A stretch of DNA of 64,000 nucleotides, from NCBI GenBank assembly GCA_001179505.1, contig CDMY01000391.1, positions 1 to 64,000 on the forward strand, in the 5' to 3' direction. The translations under genes were made by a program, and so were the position numbers. This DNA is from Vitrella brassicaformis CCMP3155. Taxonomy: Eukaryota > Protista > Chromerida. Shown here piece by piece: positions 60,880 to 64,000 of the stretch (position 1 is the first letter of the stretch; each line of letters starts with the position of its first letter). Under the pieces are notes generated by a model, which did not search any database, was not told the origin of the DNA, and saw only the letters and a program-made list of their open reading frames with translations.

Positions 60880-63800
60880 TCAGCAGACATCGATGTCGTC
60901 CAGCGCATCGTCGCCATAGGCGTGCCGGGAGGGGAAGATCTGCGTCCAGTGGAAGGCCCACTCGTTGGGCAGCCCCCTGTGCGGCCATCCTGGCCACCTC
61001 TCTATTTCTGAAGCATTGCCGCTGCTGGCACCTATAGCGCCCCGCCACTTGAAGGCCGGAAGGGGAATATGGGGCGGACCGGACGTGCCTTGGGGCATCA
61101 TTGCCGCAAACAAGCACTTGTTGACTACCTGCAGCCAGCCAGCCAGCCAGCCAGCCATGGATGAGATACAAACACACGATGCACAGTACTAGATGTGTGT
61201 TTGAGGATGCGTCCATTGTGTGCTCACTTACTTTGGCGTCGATGGCGCCGTTGGGTATGGGGTCGATCTTTGAGAGGTCGAAGCGCGCGGCGATGGCTAT
61301 GCTGGGGTCCTCAGGCAGCCCACTCTCACTGCACACAAATGGCCGGGTGCACAGAGAGACAGAGAGACATGAGTGTGTGTGTGTCTGTGTACCGATTGTC
61401 GAGTGGCGATCTGTTTCTCGTCATGAGTTGCCTCAGTTCATGCAGCTCGCTCATGTCGGCACTGTGGTGGGCCAGCAGCACTGCCCGCGGGTTGTGGTCA
61501 TACGAAAAGATGTTGCCGTGCTCCTGCTGCGCCTCTATGTAGCCCATTCCCTTCGCTACGTCGTCATAATACGGGCGATTGGTGGACAGAAAATGGCCCT
61601 TAGATGACAGCACCTGCGTCAACACACACATGCACATGACATGAATGGAGACCTCTGTGTGTTGGGTGGGCATGTGCCTGCACACCCACACAGCCTGCGT
61701 GTGTACGTGTGTGATGTCTCCAAAGTGTGTGAGGCCCGGCGACTGCTCGAGCAGGAAGAACGCATTGTCAGTGAGGCCGCCAGACTGCCGAAAACGGCCG
61801 TAATCCATCGCCATCCACTGGCTGCTGCCATACCCTACACACACACACACACACAGAAGCCACCATAAATGCACTCGACAGAGTGTGTGTGTGTGTGTGT
61901 CCCCTGTGCAGACCTGTGTTCTGTCTGGCGACGCAGCTGGTGAGGTGTGTGCCGGTGGTGGCGGTGCGGCCGCATGCGACCACGTGGAGGAAAAGAGGAA
62001 TGGGGGCGGCCTCCTCGTCGGCCACTCGGGTGTGCATGGCCTTGTCGATGAGAGGGAGTGTGGTGTCCATCAGCAGCAGACCGCTGCTCAGCACATAGAA
62101 GCTGTCGCCCGATCCGATGAACCCTGCACGTACAAATCAAATCAAGGAAGGATGAACAGCTTTCGCACCGAAGGTGCCATCTGTATGTGTGTTGTGTGTG
62201 TGTGGTGCCTGCGTATGATGAAAAGCTGATCCGTGGGGCGGCGAGCTGCGACTTTGGCAGAGCACCGAGGTTCAACTCATACCTGCAAAGACCAGACCAG
62301 CAGACATACCGAGACGCATTGGCCGCTCCGGTCTGACTATCGACCTCACTGACTGACCGTTTCCATATTCTTGTCATGGTGGAGTAGTCGGACCATGTGG
62401 TGTGGCCGATGAGCACATCGCTGCCGTCGTCGGTCACCTTGACCATCGCCGAGCAGTGGCCCGACCGACGAACCAGCCGAGACCACTCAAGAAACGCCTA
62501 ACACACGCCCAGCCATCGATGCATCACATCATGCCCCATTGAGGCCTTCCCCACCTGCTGACCTGTACTTGTGTGGTGGCATTGTTGAGTATAGCCGCCT
62601 TCTGTCTGCTGTCGCCCGTCTGCATGAGCACGGCAGCGACGCTCTCAGGGGGCGGCTGGGAGGGCTCGGGGGGCGGGCTCATCTCGACATGTGAGTCGTC
62701 AACCACCACTTGCTGCTGCTGGGGGCCTGTCTGCCGGTACTTTTGGCTGACAAGACAGTGGGAGAGATGGTTGTGTGTGTCTGTCCTGCCAGTGGTGCGG
62801 TGTGTGTGCGCACCGTACCGTTCATGGCTGGCCTGTGTGTTGAAGGCCTGCCTGAGGTCGCCCATGTATGGGTGTGAGTTGAGGAAGATCATGTCGGTCA
62901 TGCTCATGGGGGTGGCATGGAAGTGCCGCGCATTGTCGTTGTAGCCATCCATCATTCCCCACAGCTGCCCACACAAAACACAGAAGACCTCCCACTCACA
63001 CTCACACACGAGAGGCCTTCCATCCACAGGCAATGTGGCCCACCTGGAAGAAGGCGTATCTGACGTGCTTCAGATAGGGGTCGTCAATCTCGTCGACCAG
63101 TGTGTGGTGGTGGAAGTGTATTTCTCGCTTCATCGCCGCCAGTTGCCGCTCGAAATGCGCGCCGATGTTCTGCAGGGCGTCCGTGTCGTGGTCCTCCATC
63201 AGCAGCAGATCCACTAGATTGGCATTCATCTCCCCTGCACAGCGACACACAACACACCGACCCATGTGTTTAAACAAACGTCTGTGTGTATGGAAGAAGC
63301 AGAGAGCTGACCGATTCGCACGGCAGAGAGGAATCCCTCCGCATAGCCTGACAGACACACAGACACACAGACGGGCGTTGCTGATTGATGGATGCCCTTC
63401 CTTCGTGCGTAGGGTGCACACACAGCTTACGGACCTGCGGCGTACATTTTGACGTCATTGCTGGCGATGTCGTGGCCAGAGGTCCGCAGGTAGAGATGCC
63501 CCCACCCCTCCGTACTCAAAGTATCGTTGAACCTGCAGGCAACACACACAATCCACGCAGACAAAGACGACAGACACCAATCTGCCCATTGCAAAGGCAG
63601 TGCACCCTCCCTCCCTTACTGGTGTTTTGTGTTGTGCTCACCATCCATAGGCAATGCAGGTGTGGTCAAGCCCCTTGATGACCCGCAGCTGCCCAGTGCC
63701 CCTGTTCATGCAAACGCTCAAGCCATCCAGCGGGTCACACGCCTCCATGTCCAGCCCAATCTCCATTGGGAACAGCCTGCCAGACGGCTGGTGGTGCCCC

Positions 63801-63967
63801 TGGCCAGACGGGGCGCCTTCATTCGGCTGCTGTTGTTGCTGCTGCGACAGGGAGGCGCTGATTGAGCGAGATCCGCTGAATGCCAGCCGCCTATGTGACG
63901 AGAGGCGGGCAGATCTGCCAACGCCTACCAGCAGAAGGCACACAAACCAGCGTGAAAAAATCCTCAT
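60880..63967 (-). CDS. Phospholipase B-like (PLBD1/2-type Ntn hydrolase), secreted or lysosomal
   Basis: Signal peptide, then FNDTLSTEGWGHLYL, YAAGYAEGFL, GHCSAMVK (nucleophile Cys), IGHTTW, ISFSSYAG, SGDSFY, DTTL, QWMAMDY, LEQSPG, STNRPYY, SYDHNPRA, IAARFDL, GAIDAK, WPHRGLPNEWAF. Confidence 0.9.
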
Positions 63968-64000
63968 CCGCCCTGTGAAAAAATAGAAAACAGTGTGTAA

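Noticed and set aside
1-64000. CRISPR arrays, rRNA, tRNA, telomeric repeats
   Set aside because: No regularly spaced repeat-spacer units or recognisable structural RNA or telomere motifs; repeats are microsatellites or segmental copies.

Overview
Intron-dense eukaryotic DNA. The short spliceosomal introns are packed with (GT)n, (GTCT)n, (GGAT)n and (CAGG)n microsatellites. Style and gene families point to a chromerid alveolate, most likely Vitrella brassicaformis (inference). Recognisable genes: a phospholipase B-like Ntn hydrolase, an ALDH8/HMSADH-type aldehyde dehydrogenase whose catalytic residues are all replaced, an OGFOD2-like dioxygenase plus a truncated second copy, two CCCH zinc-finger genes, a BSD-domain gene, a divergent cyclin-like gene, and a papain-like domain apparently spliced to an ankyrin-repeat region and preceded by a secreted cystatin-like exon. 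About 40% of the window is a mosaic inverted duplication (about 1.4-13.1 kb versus 33.6-46.3 kb). It carries a Cys-rich secreted gene and a small secreted gene with a hypervariable mature region. Five copies of a lineage-specific gene family with an F-box-like N-terminal motif are present (two intact, three with lesions), three of them inside the duplication. There are three 300-N assembly gaps. No rRNA, tRNA, CRISPR or autonomous mobile element was seen. All gene models were spliced by hand and no database searches were run.
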